Shown here: one piece after another, positions 1-10,160 of the stretch | Layout of the letters: the number at the start of each line of letters is the position of its first letter | How positions within the stretch are numbered: the first letter of the stretch is position 1 | NCBI GenBank assembly: GCA_963924565.1 | Contig: OZ004610.1 | Span: 34,162,001-34,226,000 of the forward strand | Length of the DNA stretch: 64,000 bases | DNA from: Ascidiella aspersa | Taxonomy: Eukaryota | Reading direction: 5' to 3' | Notes under the pieces: model-generated | The model's input: only the letters and a program-made list of their open reading frames with translations | Databases searched by the model: none | What the model was told of the DNA's origin: nothing | Position numbers and translations under genes: made by a program

Positions 1-781
1 CCGATTTCAACTTGCTCTCCAAATCCTTCATGTCGTTGTGTTTGAAAACTCGTATCGAAGCACCTGATAATCTGCATCCTAAGACTAACGAAGCGTGGTT
101 TAATTCGTCGCTTAGTATAAGACATCCCTTGCTTACAAGACATGGGATGTTCATTGAATTTGTGGCAAACCCCATTCCAAAAGTCATGCAGCCTTCAACA
201 TCAAGATATCTTGCCATGGTTTCTTCTAATGTCACATGAATATCCCAGTTCCCAATTTCCTGTCTTGAACTGCAAATTCCGACCCCGTATTTTTCAACGG
301 CACCAATAGAAGCTTCAGCACACGGACCTGACTTTTCGGCAAATCCGAGATAGTTGTAAGATCCAAGATTGACGACATTTTTGTGTAGTTTTCCAGTGTG
401 CTCGTAGTGCCAACCAGACATTGTAAACTTACGCTCTGCAATATCGATAGTAGCTCCAGGGACACTGCAAATTGGCCGGTTGAAAACATCCTGAATTCTG
501 TTGTAAATGTTCCTTGTATAGAAGCTTTCGAAACTTGCATAGAGTGGAACAAAATCTCTCATGTCGTCTGGATCTGTTGACGCCAAGTTCTTTTCGATGT
601 GATGTTGACGGAGTAAGTCACGCAAGAATCCAAACGCGGTTACAATTGCGTAACTTATATATGTGATGATTGCATAGAACAAAGGAGTCGGTTCAAATGT
701 TTCTTGAAATTTTGGAGGCTCATTACTGACTCCGTTAGCACAAGGTGGGGAAACTCCATTCCCATTCTGATGTTTAACCAT
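1..781 (-). CDS. SPTLC2: Serine palmitoyltransferase long-chain-base subunit 2/3 (LCB2-type), N-terminal ~260 aa; partial, continues beyond the left edge
   Basis: Manual translation from ATG 781-779 is open to position 1: MVKHQNGNG...[13 protein letters not shown]...[17 protein letters not shown]...[10 protein letters not shown]...[11 protein letters not shown]...SSRQEIG...[49 protein letters not shown]. These are hallmark SPTLC2/3 segments. A TTTCCAG acceptor at 803-802 lies 20 nt before the ATG. The ORF track misses it because there is no stop in the window. Confidence 0.95.
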   Translation of the reverse strand, partial: MVKHQNGNGVSPPCANGVSNEPPKFQETFEPTPLFYAIITYISYAIVTAFGFLRDLLRQHHIEKNLASTDPDDMRDFVPLYASFESFYTRNIYNRIQDVFNRPICSVPGATIDIAERKFTMSGWHYEHTGKLHKNVVNLGSYNYLGFAEKSGPCAEASIGAVEKYGVGICSSRQEIGNWDIHVTLEETMARYLDVEGCMTFGMGFATNSMNIPCLVSKGCLILSDELNHASLVLGCRLSGASIRVFKHNDMKDLESKLKS

Positions 782-1205
782 ATTTTTTTTGTTAATCACA
801 GCTGGAAATATAAAAATTGTTGGTCAATAAACTAAGTTTGTCGTTATACATAACTAAATATTTACATTGATCACACTGGTTATGTAAATACGCTATTCAA
901 TAATTTGATTTATTGTTGCATCTTTATCTAGTTCAGACCTACATCTCTATGGGAAAATCCGAAGCTTTGTCTCAATCCCAACAATTCAAACAACTTATAT
1001 TAAAAAGTAAGTACTCTTGGAAACCTACTCTTGAAGTTAATGATTAACTGTTAGTAAAATTTAGAGATGGGGTGAAAAGAAATAACGGTAAGTCCTAGAA
1101 TAATCGATAGCCCAATAACAGTTTATTAAACGATAAAGGTTAATATAATTACACCATTGGGATCATCAATGTTTAATATTTAAAATCACACTAAAGCTTA
1201 AAAAC

Positions 1206-1656
1206 AAGGGTTCCCAACCTCTTTGTTGTGGTAATTCCTTTCAATTTTTTCAAAAACTCACGCAACTCCCCAATCAGTTTACAGTTGTTTAACATTTCTA
1301 AACAGATTGTTTTTCTCTAAATTGCTTAGACGCGAAAAATGTTTTGCTTTGAGTTTTATTAAGCATCGCAAAACAAGATTTCAGTGGCCGAAATGCCACA
1401 GTTCCTATTAATATCAAACAAGGCCTTTAGACTGGTGCTATGATTAGTCCATTGATTGAAAATAAAAGTAATGGTAACTCATGAACTAAGCATAGTTCAA
1501 TTATGCAAATGGCAACAACTGTTAGACTGGTGGTTGTTCTTGCTTCTTCTGATGCTTAATGTTTAGTTTATAGGTTTTTCTTGTCAATTTTTAGCAAATA
1601 GTAAACCACGATTTCCCAGAAATTACCTCTTGTGACCCTCAGGCCGGGAACCACTA
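1206..1656. mobile_element. Possible degenerate hAT-like non-autonomous element
   Basis: Left end CAAGGGTTCCCAACC and right end GGCCGGGAACCACTA form an imperfect inverted pair of the CAGGGGTTCCCAA type. No TSD recognised. Confidence 0.35.
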
Positions 1657-2933
1657 CCTTTAAATTACTGCTTTACTCAAGAAAAGCTACATTTAAATCA
1701 AGAAAAAAATGTATAAAATACCAGGAAAAGTGTAAAATAATCATTGGGTGAAAAACAGGAAAATATAAAACATTAAAAATAAAACCATAAAAACAATATA
1801 AGGCTTAAAAGATCTCCCCTGATTTTTATTTTAATTCATCTCCAGATACCACCTCATTGTGTGACCTTATTATAAAAATTAGTTTTGTCTCTAGTAGGTT
1901 GCTTTATTTATTTAAATAATATAGTTGTTTATCTTGTTAAAGCTGTTTGATTCCTTATATCCATTTAACATTATGCTTAATCTTTAATATGAAAAGTGAG
2001 TATGTTAATGGCAAGATGTTTTAAACCTGTTTATAGTTGTATACATACGACAACTTTAATATTATAATAACTCATAAATCTCAAAGTACATTAATTTTTA
2101 ATATTTAATTGTTGTCAAACTAACTACAGGCTACAGCCCAAAGACATAAGGGTTTCAATGTCTAACTTTATATTAGATTCCTTAAAAAACATTTAAAATA
2201 AAACGTAATTTGTAAAAGTTTGGAAAGCAAATTTAATACTTAAACGTAAGAAAGCCAACACAAAAAATTCTAAATGACAAAATCAGATAAATAGAATAGT
2301 CTAATATTTGTTCAATCACTTGGCACATGACTATTAATTAAAATTCATAAAAAAATTACATTTTGTTAAACAAAGTCTTATTTAAAACTTTTATGTGCAA
2401 ATCTAATTTCTGGCAATATAATCTAATTTTCAAGTTCAATGGATTTGATTGATAAGTTGGTGTGTGACTAATGTTCATTCAAAAAACACACAGTAAGACC
2501 CATAAAGAAACAATATTTAAAACAGAATCATCTGTAATACCGAAGCATTGAAAGAAGCAGAAATATCTAAGAAGGAATAAGGCCTAACCTTTTCAGATTA
2601 AGAGCTAAATGACAAATAAACCATATAGTTACAGGGTATGGGACTGAAAAGGTGTAGGCAATACAATGACTGTGTAATCGTCACAACTTTCGGAGATATT
2701 GCCCAAAACAAATCTCGGCGCGCCAAGTTCGCCCATACGATTGGGCGCCGTTTATGATTAAGTTACTCCGTAATAATAAGTAATTATAAGTTTAATTACC
2801 AAAATTATTTCCAACTATGTAAAATTTATTCGCTCGCACGTCTAAATACTCCACTGACAAACTCGATTTCTAAATTCTAATTATCTAACGGAACACAAAT
2901 ATGAGTTTAAGATGTCTTGCGTAAGTCGCTAAG

Positions 2934-3066
2934 TGTGGTGACCTAGGGATTGCTAGGTTTTTATGAACTGAATTTAAACTAAACATTACCTGCAACACAA
3001 CATGTCACAAATAAACACAGCGTAATACATAACATAGAATAAGGTACATGGCACAAATTTACCACA
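2934..3066 (-). repeat. 3' LTR of the Gypsy element (133 bp)
   Basis: Base-for-base identical to 6973-7105 by eye; TG...CA ends with 6-bp terminal inverted repeat; adjacent to the PPT. Confidence 0.97.
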
Positions 3067-3078
3067 TTTTTCCCCTCT
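3067..3078 (-). promoter_or_regulatory. Polypurine tract (plus-strand primer)
   Basis: Element-sense AGAGGGGAAAAA directly abuts the 3' LTR. Confidence 0.9.
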
Positions 3079-3149
3079 AAATAATGAAAGTACACTGTAC
3101 ACCCAACAAAAAAACATTGTTTCATTTAAACAATTTTAAGGGTTCATTT

Positions 3150-6100
3150 TTAATGAGTCCAATCCCCAAACCGTGAAGGGGGTTTATGAATTCTGGATGA
3201 ACGCCTCACTTGCAAACCAGTAGGCGAAGCAGGTGGAAACGCAAAAGGAGAAGGTGAAGTAGGAGGTAACTCATCTGTACCATGCGCCAAATCTTCTACC
3301 GATGATCTGTCCAATGCAGATTCTGGTGTAGTAACTGTAGATGGCCTAGTAGTATGGGGAGGCGAATTGGTAGAAATTGGGACTCCATTTTCAAGAGACT
3401 CGCCAAAGGATTCTGCATCTGGCAGTGGAGGGACTTCATGGTCTTCAGGGCAAGGAGCTAAATCCTGCACAGACACTGTCGATTCACGCCCCCCTGGAAG
3501 CCGAATATGTGCAAAACTTTGATTGGCTTCCAGCAAGTCTACCTCATCAACTAAGGGATCTCCTTTATTTCGCACAAATCGTCTCATCAAAACTTTTCCA
3601 GGCTGGAGCAGCCATGATGGTAATGATCTTCCCAGCATAGTTCTTCGTCCGAAGTTTAAGAAACGCTCATGAGGGGTTTGGTTTGTTGAGGTGCAAAGCA
3701 GAGATCTTACGGAATGAAGGGCCTCCACTAAGATTTCTTCCCATCTATCTTCTCCCAGACCCCTGTCCTTTAAAAGGAGTTTAACTGTTCGCCATATGGT
3801 TTGGTTCACTCTTTCACATTGGCTGTTACCAGTAGGATGATAGGGAGTAGTCCGACTTGGTACCACTCCTCTATCGGTCAAAAACTTTTTAAATTCACCA
3901 GAAGCAAAGGCTGTGCCCCGGTCACTGTGGACGAAAGAGGGTAGACCAAAAAGAGCAAAAAGTGAAGTTAGCGAAGCTATGACGGTTTTCGTAGTCATGT
4001 CAGAACAGGGAATTGCAAAAGGAAAACGGGAAAACTCATCCACCACAAAGAGAATGTAATGTCTTCTACCCCTGACAGGTCCTTTAAAATCAATGCTAAT
4101 TCTTTCCCATGGAGCAGAAGCTTTGATTAAAGACTCATTAGACTTGCGGTGAAAACGAGGTTTTACTTCGGCACAAACTTTACATTCTGCACATGTTTGC
4201 CGAACCTCATTAATAGAGTAAGGTAAGTTGCGCGCTTTTATAAAATGAAGTAGGCGTGTTACCCCAGGGTGCCCCAATTGCCTATGGATTTGGACTAGTC
4301 CAGCATTTCCCATGAAACATAGAGAAGAAATTCTTGAAAGGGCATCCGGAGCAGTGTTTAGTTTACCAGGACGGTGGTGAACGCGATATGAAAAGGCCCC
4401 CAGTTCAGCTCGCCACAGCTGGAACTTAGCATTTTTAATTTTACCTGGGCGGACAGGATCAAACATATAAGAAAGAGCACGCTGGTCAGTCAATAATGTA
4501 AAGGTGTTACCATGCAAGAAATGACTCCATTTTCTCGTAGCCTCCATAATAGCTGTAGCCTCCTTCTCCACGATAGGGTAGTTGAGTTCGCTTTTTGTAA
4601 AGGTCCGGGAGTAAAAAGCGACAGGGCGACCACATTGGTTCAGGGTAGCGGCCAGTGCAAATTGGGAGGCATCACACTCCACAGTAAAGGGTTGATAAGG
4701 ATCAATATTTTTCAGACAGGCGGAAGCCAAACTTTTTCTAAGCTCTGCAAAAGCCATAGCTTGTGGTTTAGCCAATGGGAGAGCCTTTTCCTGAATGGCT
4801 TTGACAAGGGGTCGAACCTTATCTGAAAACTGATGAACCCAACGGGCATAGTATGCAAATAGACCCACAGCGCGTCGGAGTTCAGCAAGTGTTTGAGGCA
4901 TGGGCATGTCCAAAAGTGGCTTCAACCGCTCAGGATCAGGCTGGATTTTACCAGGCTTTACCAGGTATCCCAACAGTTGAATTTCCTTCTTTGCAATATG
5001 TGACTTTTCTTCGTTGAAGGTGAGGCCTTCCTTCCCGGCAGCATGTAATAGGGCTTTAAGATTTCTGTCATGTTCCTCCTGTGAGTTTCCCACCACAGTT
5101 ACATTGTCCAGGTAGGCAAACGTTTTTCTTAACCTATATTTTGAAATGATAACATCTATCAGTCTTTGAAAAACAGATACTCCATTGGTCAGTCCAAAAG
5201 GCAGTCTTTTATACTGATATAGTCGACCATCGGCCTCAAAAGCGGTAAAAGGTCTATCTTCTTCATGCAGGGGAATCTGATGATAGGCAGAGCGCAAATC
5301 AAGCGTGCTAAAGAGTTTACCTTTAGCAACAGCATTTACTTGATCATCTATCCTGGGCAGCGGATATGCATCTAGAAATGTAAAGCGATTCACAGTTTGA
5401 GAGTAATCAATGACCAATCGACGGCGGTGATTACCACTCTTTGCAACCAAAACTTGTGCACGCCAAGGACTTCTTGAAGGTTCAATAATATCCTCTTCTA
5501 GAAGTTTTGAAACTTCCTTACGGATAAAATATTGGTCATCAGCTGAATACCGACGTGATTTTACAGCAATAGGTCTGAATCCCCTTTCTAGATCTGTAAA
5601 GAGTCTAAATGGTTTCACATTGGCTGCAGCCACACTACAAGTGCTATTATTTGGGTAAGTAGGGCAAATGTTAAGAAGAGGACGAGGACCCTTAAAGTGA
5701 AAGAATGTCCCTTTATGAAGGCCGAGAAATGATTGTCCCAGAATAACTTCAGCACATAACTCATCAACCACCTCAAATGTCAGAGAATAGCGGGATTTAT
5801 TTAGCCACAATGTTGTACAAGTAGTGCCAATTACCTCAGCTGAAGCCTTTCGTGAAGCCATACCTACTTTGGATCTTTGCCCAGAAACAGGTAAGTGATG
5901 TTCTTGACATACTCGACTATCCAAGTAACATCCAGTTGCTCCAGAATCCACCAAAGCGTTTAGCATCCTGGCACCAAGGGAGACTTTAATAAGTGCAGGA
6001 TATAAACCTGAAGGTGGATCAGGGTGCCCATTCATCATATATATGAAAGAATTTGTGATAGATGCAAAAGTAGACTCTCCACTTTCTGTTTGTGGCAGAA

Positions 6101-6923
6101 CTGAAGCCGATGTCTTGAAGGAACTACTAAATCCCTTCTTTCTTATTCTCGACAAACACTTTTTAGCATAGTGACCTTTGCGACCACAGGAGTTACAAGT
6201 GGCTTCTCTAGCTGGACAAGAGGAGCGGCCTCCAGGATGCATAGAACCTCCACAGTAGAAACAATCTTTCTTAGCTATTGCAAAAACAGTGGACTCAGGA
6301 GTCTCTGAGGCTGCAATGGTCACATTTGTAGTTTCCTTAATAAAGGTCACGGCCTCATTCCTTGCTCGTTCTAACACCAAGGCTTGATCGAAGGCTTCTT
6401 TACAGGTAACCTTATTTTTCTCAAGAAGTCTTTGTCGGATGTCGGGGGCTACCATGCCACTAATAAAGGAGTCGCGAACCATTTCTTGTCGATAAGTATC
6501 TGCATCGACATCCTGAAAATCACAGGATTTAGAAAGCTCATGCAAAGCATACATGAAATCAGTTAGGTTCTCATCCGGTTTCTGTTTTCTCACCATCAAT
6601 AAATGACGAGCTACTGTGATGTTATTTTCTTTCAGAAAAACTTTGTTAAGAGTCTCTTTAGCAGATTGAAAGGTTTCACAGGATTCTACATAGGAGTAGA
6701 GTTTATGTGATATGCCATTGACAAGGAGGTCTAATTTTTCTTCTGATGATAAAGTAATAACACCACCTGTTTCTTGGCTGGTTCCACTCCGATGGCTATT
6801 TTGTGTTTTCTCAATGGCTCGAATAAAACCATCAAATGAACGCCACCAATGTTTATACATTTTAATGGCCTCTGGGTCATTGGGATCAAGTTCCAGACGG
6901 TCTGGCCTCATCAGTCTCTCCAT
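3150..6923 (-). CDS. Gag-Pol polyprotein, 1257 aa (Gag with two zinc knuckles, aspartic protease, reverse transcriptase, RNase H, integrase)
   Basis: Knuckles CFYCGGSMHPGGRSSC and CNSCGRKGHYAKKC. Protease ALVDSGA. RT motifs LDLRSAYHQ, LPFGL and YLDN. RNase H CDAS, EKEA, TDQ, DALSR. Integrase HHCC (HRQLGH...CKVC) and DDE core (DFKGP, SDRG, CER). No frameshift, env or chromodomain seen. Confidence 0.97.
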   Translation of the reverse strand: MERLMRPDRLELDPNDPEAIKMYKHWWRSFDGFIRAIEKTQNSHRSGTSQETGGVITLSSEEKLDLLVNGISHKLYSYVESCETFQSAKETLNKVFLKENNITVARHLLMVRKQKPDENLTDFMYALHELSKSCDFQDVDADTYRQEMVRDSFISGMVAPDIRQRLLEKNKVTCKEAFDQALVLERARNEAVTFIKETTNVTIAASETPESTVFAIAKKDCFYCGGSMHPGGRSSCPAREATCNSCGRKGHYAKKCLSRIRKKGFSSSFKTSASVLPQTESGESTFASITNSFIYMMNGHPDPPSGLYPALIKVSLGARMLNALVDSGATGCYLDSRVCQEHHLPVSGQRSKVGMASRKASAEVIGTTCTTLWLNKSRYSLTFEVVDELCAEVILGQSFLGLHKGTFFHFKGPRPLLNICPTYPNNSTCSVAAANVKPFRLFTDLERGFRPIAVKSRRYSADDQYFIRKEVSKLLEEDIIEPSRSPWRAQVLVAKSGNHRRRLVIDYSQTVNRFTFLDAYPLPRIDDQVNAVAKGKLFSTLDLRSAYHQIPLHEEDRPFTAFEADGRLYQYKRLPFGLTNGVSVFQRLIDVIISKYRLRKTFAYLDNVTVVGNSQEEHDRNLKALLHAAGKEGLTFNEEKSHIAKKEIQLLGYLVKPGKIQPDPERLKPLLDMPMPQTLAELRRAVGLFAYYARWVHQFSDKVRPLVKAIQEKALPLAKPQAMAFAELRKSLASACLKNIDPYQPFTVECDASQFALAATLNQCGRPVAFYSRTFTKSELNYPIVEKEATAIMEATRKWSHFLHGNTFTLLTDQRALSYMFDPVRPGKIKNAKFQLWRAELGAFSYRVHHRPGKLNTAPDALSRISSLCFMGNAGLVQIHRQLGHPGVTRLLHFIKARNLPYSINEVRQTCAECKVCAEVKPRFHRKSNESLIKASAPWERISIDFKGPVRGRRHYILFVVDEFSRFPFAIPCSDMTTKTVIASLTSLFALFGLPSFVHSDRGTAFASGEFKKFLTDRGVVPSRTTPYHPTGNSQCERVNQTIWRTVKLLLKDRGLGEDRWEEILVEALHSVRSLLCTSTNQTPHERFLNFGRRTMLGRSLPSWLLQPGKVLMRRFVRNKGDPLVDEVDLLEANQSFAHIRLPGGRESTVSVQDLAPCPEDHEVPPLPDAESFGESLENGVPISTNSPPHTTRPSTVTTPESALDRSSVEDLAHGTDELPPTSPSPFAFPPASPTGLQVRRSSRIHKPPSRFGDWTH

Positions 6924-6959
6924 GGCGATTGGTAAAGCACAAGGTCAATGTTAACAAAG

Positions 6960-6971
6960 CAGTTCATAAAA
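6960..6971 (-). promoter_or_regulatory. Non-tRNA primer-binding site, complementary to the element's own LTR (putative self-priming PBS)
   Basis: Element-sense TTTTATGAACTG starts 1 nt after the 5' LTR and is the exact reverse complement of CAGTTCATAAAA at 7009-6998. It lacks the TGG start of a tRNA PBS. Confidence 0.85.
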
Positions 6972-6972
6972 T

Positions 6973-7105
6973 TGTGGTGACCTAGGGATTGCTAGGTTTT
7001 TATGAACTGAATTTAAACTAAACATTACCTGCAACACAACATGTCACAAATAAACACAGCGTAATACATAACATAGAATAAGGTACATGGCACAAATTTA
7101 CCACA
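6973..7105 (-). repeat. 5' LTR of the Gypsy element (133 bp)
   Basis: Identical to 2934-3066. Contains initiator-like TCAGTT (7010-7005) and an ACCTAG/CTAGGT hairpin (6997-6980). Confidence 0.97.
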
Positions 7106-10014
7106 CTAAGTAAATATTGAATTTAATTTAAACTCCACAATTGAAATACGTTACGAGATTCCTTTAATGAGTTAACGTAAAAACCCAAACATTTCAAACA
7201 CACAACTTGCTTGGCAACGAAGCAAACAAAAGACAACTTCGACGAAACGAAATCAATTTCTTTGAGTTTTAGATAAACAAAACAAACTTACGTAACTACA
7301 ACCTACGTCAGTTCTGAGAGGAGTCTATTTCAAAACAAACTCTGCCGCAATTTAGCAAGGAAACAAATTATAACCAATAATTATTGCGTTCTAGGATTTT
7401 TTTTACGTCTTTCATAAAACATTTAGCTAAATACGACGAAGAATGGGAGTTAAGAGAATGTCTACTTTTATTTGTGACGTAATTTGCTAACCGCAAAAGT
7501 GGGAGTGACCATTATTAATCGGTCATGCGTTACCCTAGCGGAAAGTTAATAACTTGAGGGGAGATTGTTATAGGAAATAACGGGATTTTAAGGAGTTAAG
7601 GCCTTAAAACACAACCTAATGATTTATCGGGGCAGCGAAACAAGACAAATATTAAACTGTTGGTCGTAATCTGTTTTACAAAAGGTAACTCAGCTAATAC
7701 TGTTCTAAACTTAAAATATAGCCAACGTTTTGGCCTAGGAAGGTTCAATACTGTAAAATTAGCCATTGTTCAAACAGGCAGTAGGATACAATTCCTGAAA
7801 GAGTCACATGATCCCGCTATATTAAGTAAATTTGCTTAACTAACTGCAACGTCTACCAAGTCTATTCGATCGCGGAAGCCTTACTGAAATATAGGCTACA
7901 TTCTGATTTTACTAAATAAGTAGGGTTTAGACGTAGTATGTATATTAAAGTTAACATAGGTAACATTTTTGAACGTTGCTAATAACTTTGATTTCATTAG
8001 TACATTTTGAAAATGATCAAAACGTTCAAAATGCGATATTCCTTGTACGCCTAACTAAAACCTCCAACCATTATGCTTTGAAGTACCGTAAGGTTTGAAT
8101 AAGCAACAGAGATGCGGTTGAACAACATACAAAAAACACTCTTATATGAAACAAAAAGTCTTGAGCTGAATGTACGCTTAGTGTAAGACATAATCTTTCG
8201 TAATATTCTGACATTTTAAATCCGCTTATAGAATACGATTAGCCATGATTGCTGAAGGATATTCCACTTAGGTCAAAGCACAAAACAAAACGGAGTTGTC
8301 TGTTGAAATATTTGATTGTTGATATTTGTTACTTAGTAGCTCATGTAAACAGGCAAGTTAATTCGCAACGCGTAACGTGAAATGCACATAATTATCGCTA
8401 GAACTTTGTATGTTTTTCCGATATCCGATATTTTGAGCAAACTATTCTTCGCTGGTATTCAGCTGTTTTCTGAAATATTCACATTTCACGGTAGAAAACT
8501 TACTCGTTTAGAAAGATACGCTGTATTATATATTTTTCAAAGCAGAGTCGCTGTTTCTGAAAGTCATTACAGCACTAAACAGTCTTTTTTGGGGGCGGAT
8601 TCTGCTCAATCACTAATTAGGCTCTGGTAAACTCCTAAACTAAACTTTCAATCTGTTTTTAACCTTACCTAAATATTTAAACATATAACCTGTTGTTATT
8701 CACCATAGTATCCGTGTGTTCAAAGTTTTTTTTCTTTCTTTTTCTACTTTGACCTGATAAAGCACGGTTGTGTGGAAGCTTGTCGAGAATGCAATACAAT
8801 TTGTGTGCAGCCTGTTCTTATGTGTTATGTAAACTTACTGACTGTACAGCACCACACTATAGCACCGAAAGCAGGTTTTATTGACAGCACAAACTCACAA
8901 AGTTCAGTCATTGCCCGGGGGTCACATCGGAATAAAGCAACAAAAAGTAAACACTTGGTACAATGGATAACACGCCACTAATAATATAGGCCTCGTGAAT
9001 GACAAGAAGCAGACATGTTTACAGAATAAAGTTTCCATCTTTTAAAAATGGGAGATGGAACTTTAGTTTTTTCCAAATTAGATTAGAAATTATACTAAAC
9101 TTAAAATTTTCACTTCAAATACAATTAAAATTGGATCACTTTAAAACGATTTTAAACAACAAGAATTTATATTTTTTTCTAAATTATGATTAGAAGTTAT
9201 ACCAAAACCAGAACTATTTTTTTTTTACCTTAAATAGTAAAGTGAGTTAGTTAGTAATATCTTATATATATTTTAGAACGTTTGTGAGTGGTCAGTCGTC
9301 AGCATGTTCGCCAGGTAGGTCGCTGGTATTTTCATACAATTCAAGATCATTTTGTAGCCTACTATATATGGAAGTGCGTTTTAGGATTTTAAAAACTTAA
9401 AAACTTCGTTAGACAAATTTAAATTTTGAAAAAAGCCCAAATTAAATAAAACAAAGAGTTAGGGTAGGCCTACACTTATTAATATAGATTGAAAACGTTG
9501 AAAGTAAATAAAAAGTTATTCGAAACGTTCAAGATGATACCTACTTCTGTCTGGGCTTTGATATTTTTATTACGTATAAATTGAAAACATTATTTAGAAT
9601 TATAACAATATTATTTGTCGTTTTGCTTTAAATCGTCAAATTAGTTAACGAGAACAATCTTAGTCGAAAGTTGCTGTCCAGGCAAGTGTAGACATGTCAT
9701 TTTAGGCCTTTAATGTTTTGAGAAGCGATAAAACTAGTTTAATATTTAACAGAAGGCAACACTTGAAGTAAACCACAATCCACAACGTCATGGAAGTACT
9801 GGTTGAATAATTATTCTAAGAATGACACTTGAGTTTGGTTTTCGTTAATCTGTAGCTCGCGCTATTTATAACATGGACCGATAAAGATTTGCGCAACTTT
9901 ATTTATTTTTGGTCACCCACCTAGATATAGGACATAGGTATTTGTCAAGTCGAGAACATAGCTTAGCTTTATCTCAGAATGTAGACTATTAAAAAAAATA
10001 AAAGTTTCACTGAC

Positions 10015-10160
10015 ACGAGGTGTCCGATAATATCGGATCGGAGTCGATACCCGGTTAAAAGTTGTAGTATCGGTACTCGTCCGATAATATAGGGTGGTAT
10101 CGGTACTCGTCCGATACTATAGGGTGGTATCGGTACTCGTCCGATACTATAGGTTGGTCC
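10015..10160. repeat. 30-bp tandem repeat x3 within a dispersed TATCGG/CCGATA repeat family
   Basis: GTATCGGTACTCGTCCGATA(A/C)TATAGG(G/T)TG at 10067, 10097 and 10127, each with an internal TATCGG/CCGATA inverted repeat. Related sequence at about 24386-24430, 24588-24640 and, inverted, 34575-34612. Confidence 0.8.

Larger units (their letters stand above)
2934..7105 (-). mobile_element. Full-length Ty3/Gypsy LTR retrotransposon, 4172 bp, intact
   Basis: Two identical 133-bp LTRs with TGTGGT...ACCACA termini. 5-bp TSD CTAAG at 2929-2933 and 7106-7110. Polypurine tract present. Single gag-pol ORF in PR-RT-RH-IN order. Confidence 0.98.

Noticed and set aside
12-580. ORF-track entries 12..239, 232..552 and 398..580
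   Set aside because: Antisense or off-frame shadows of the SPTLC2-like coding exon.
3150-3450. Chromodomain or env at the end of Pol
   Set aside because: The tail is Pro/Ser/Thr-rich low complexity ending in RRSSRIHKPPSRF. No chromodomain aromatic pattern or transmembrane segment, and no room for another ORF.
3377-6954. Plus-strand ORFs inside the retrotransposon
   Set aside because: Short antisense shadows of gag-pol with no recognisable motifs.
10067-10156. CRISPR-like array of 30-bp palindromic repeats
   Set aside because: Units are contiguous with no unique spacers, there are no cas genes, and the context is eukaryotic.
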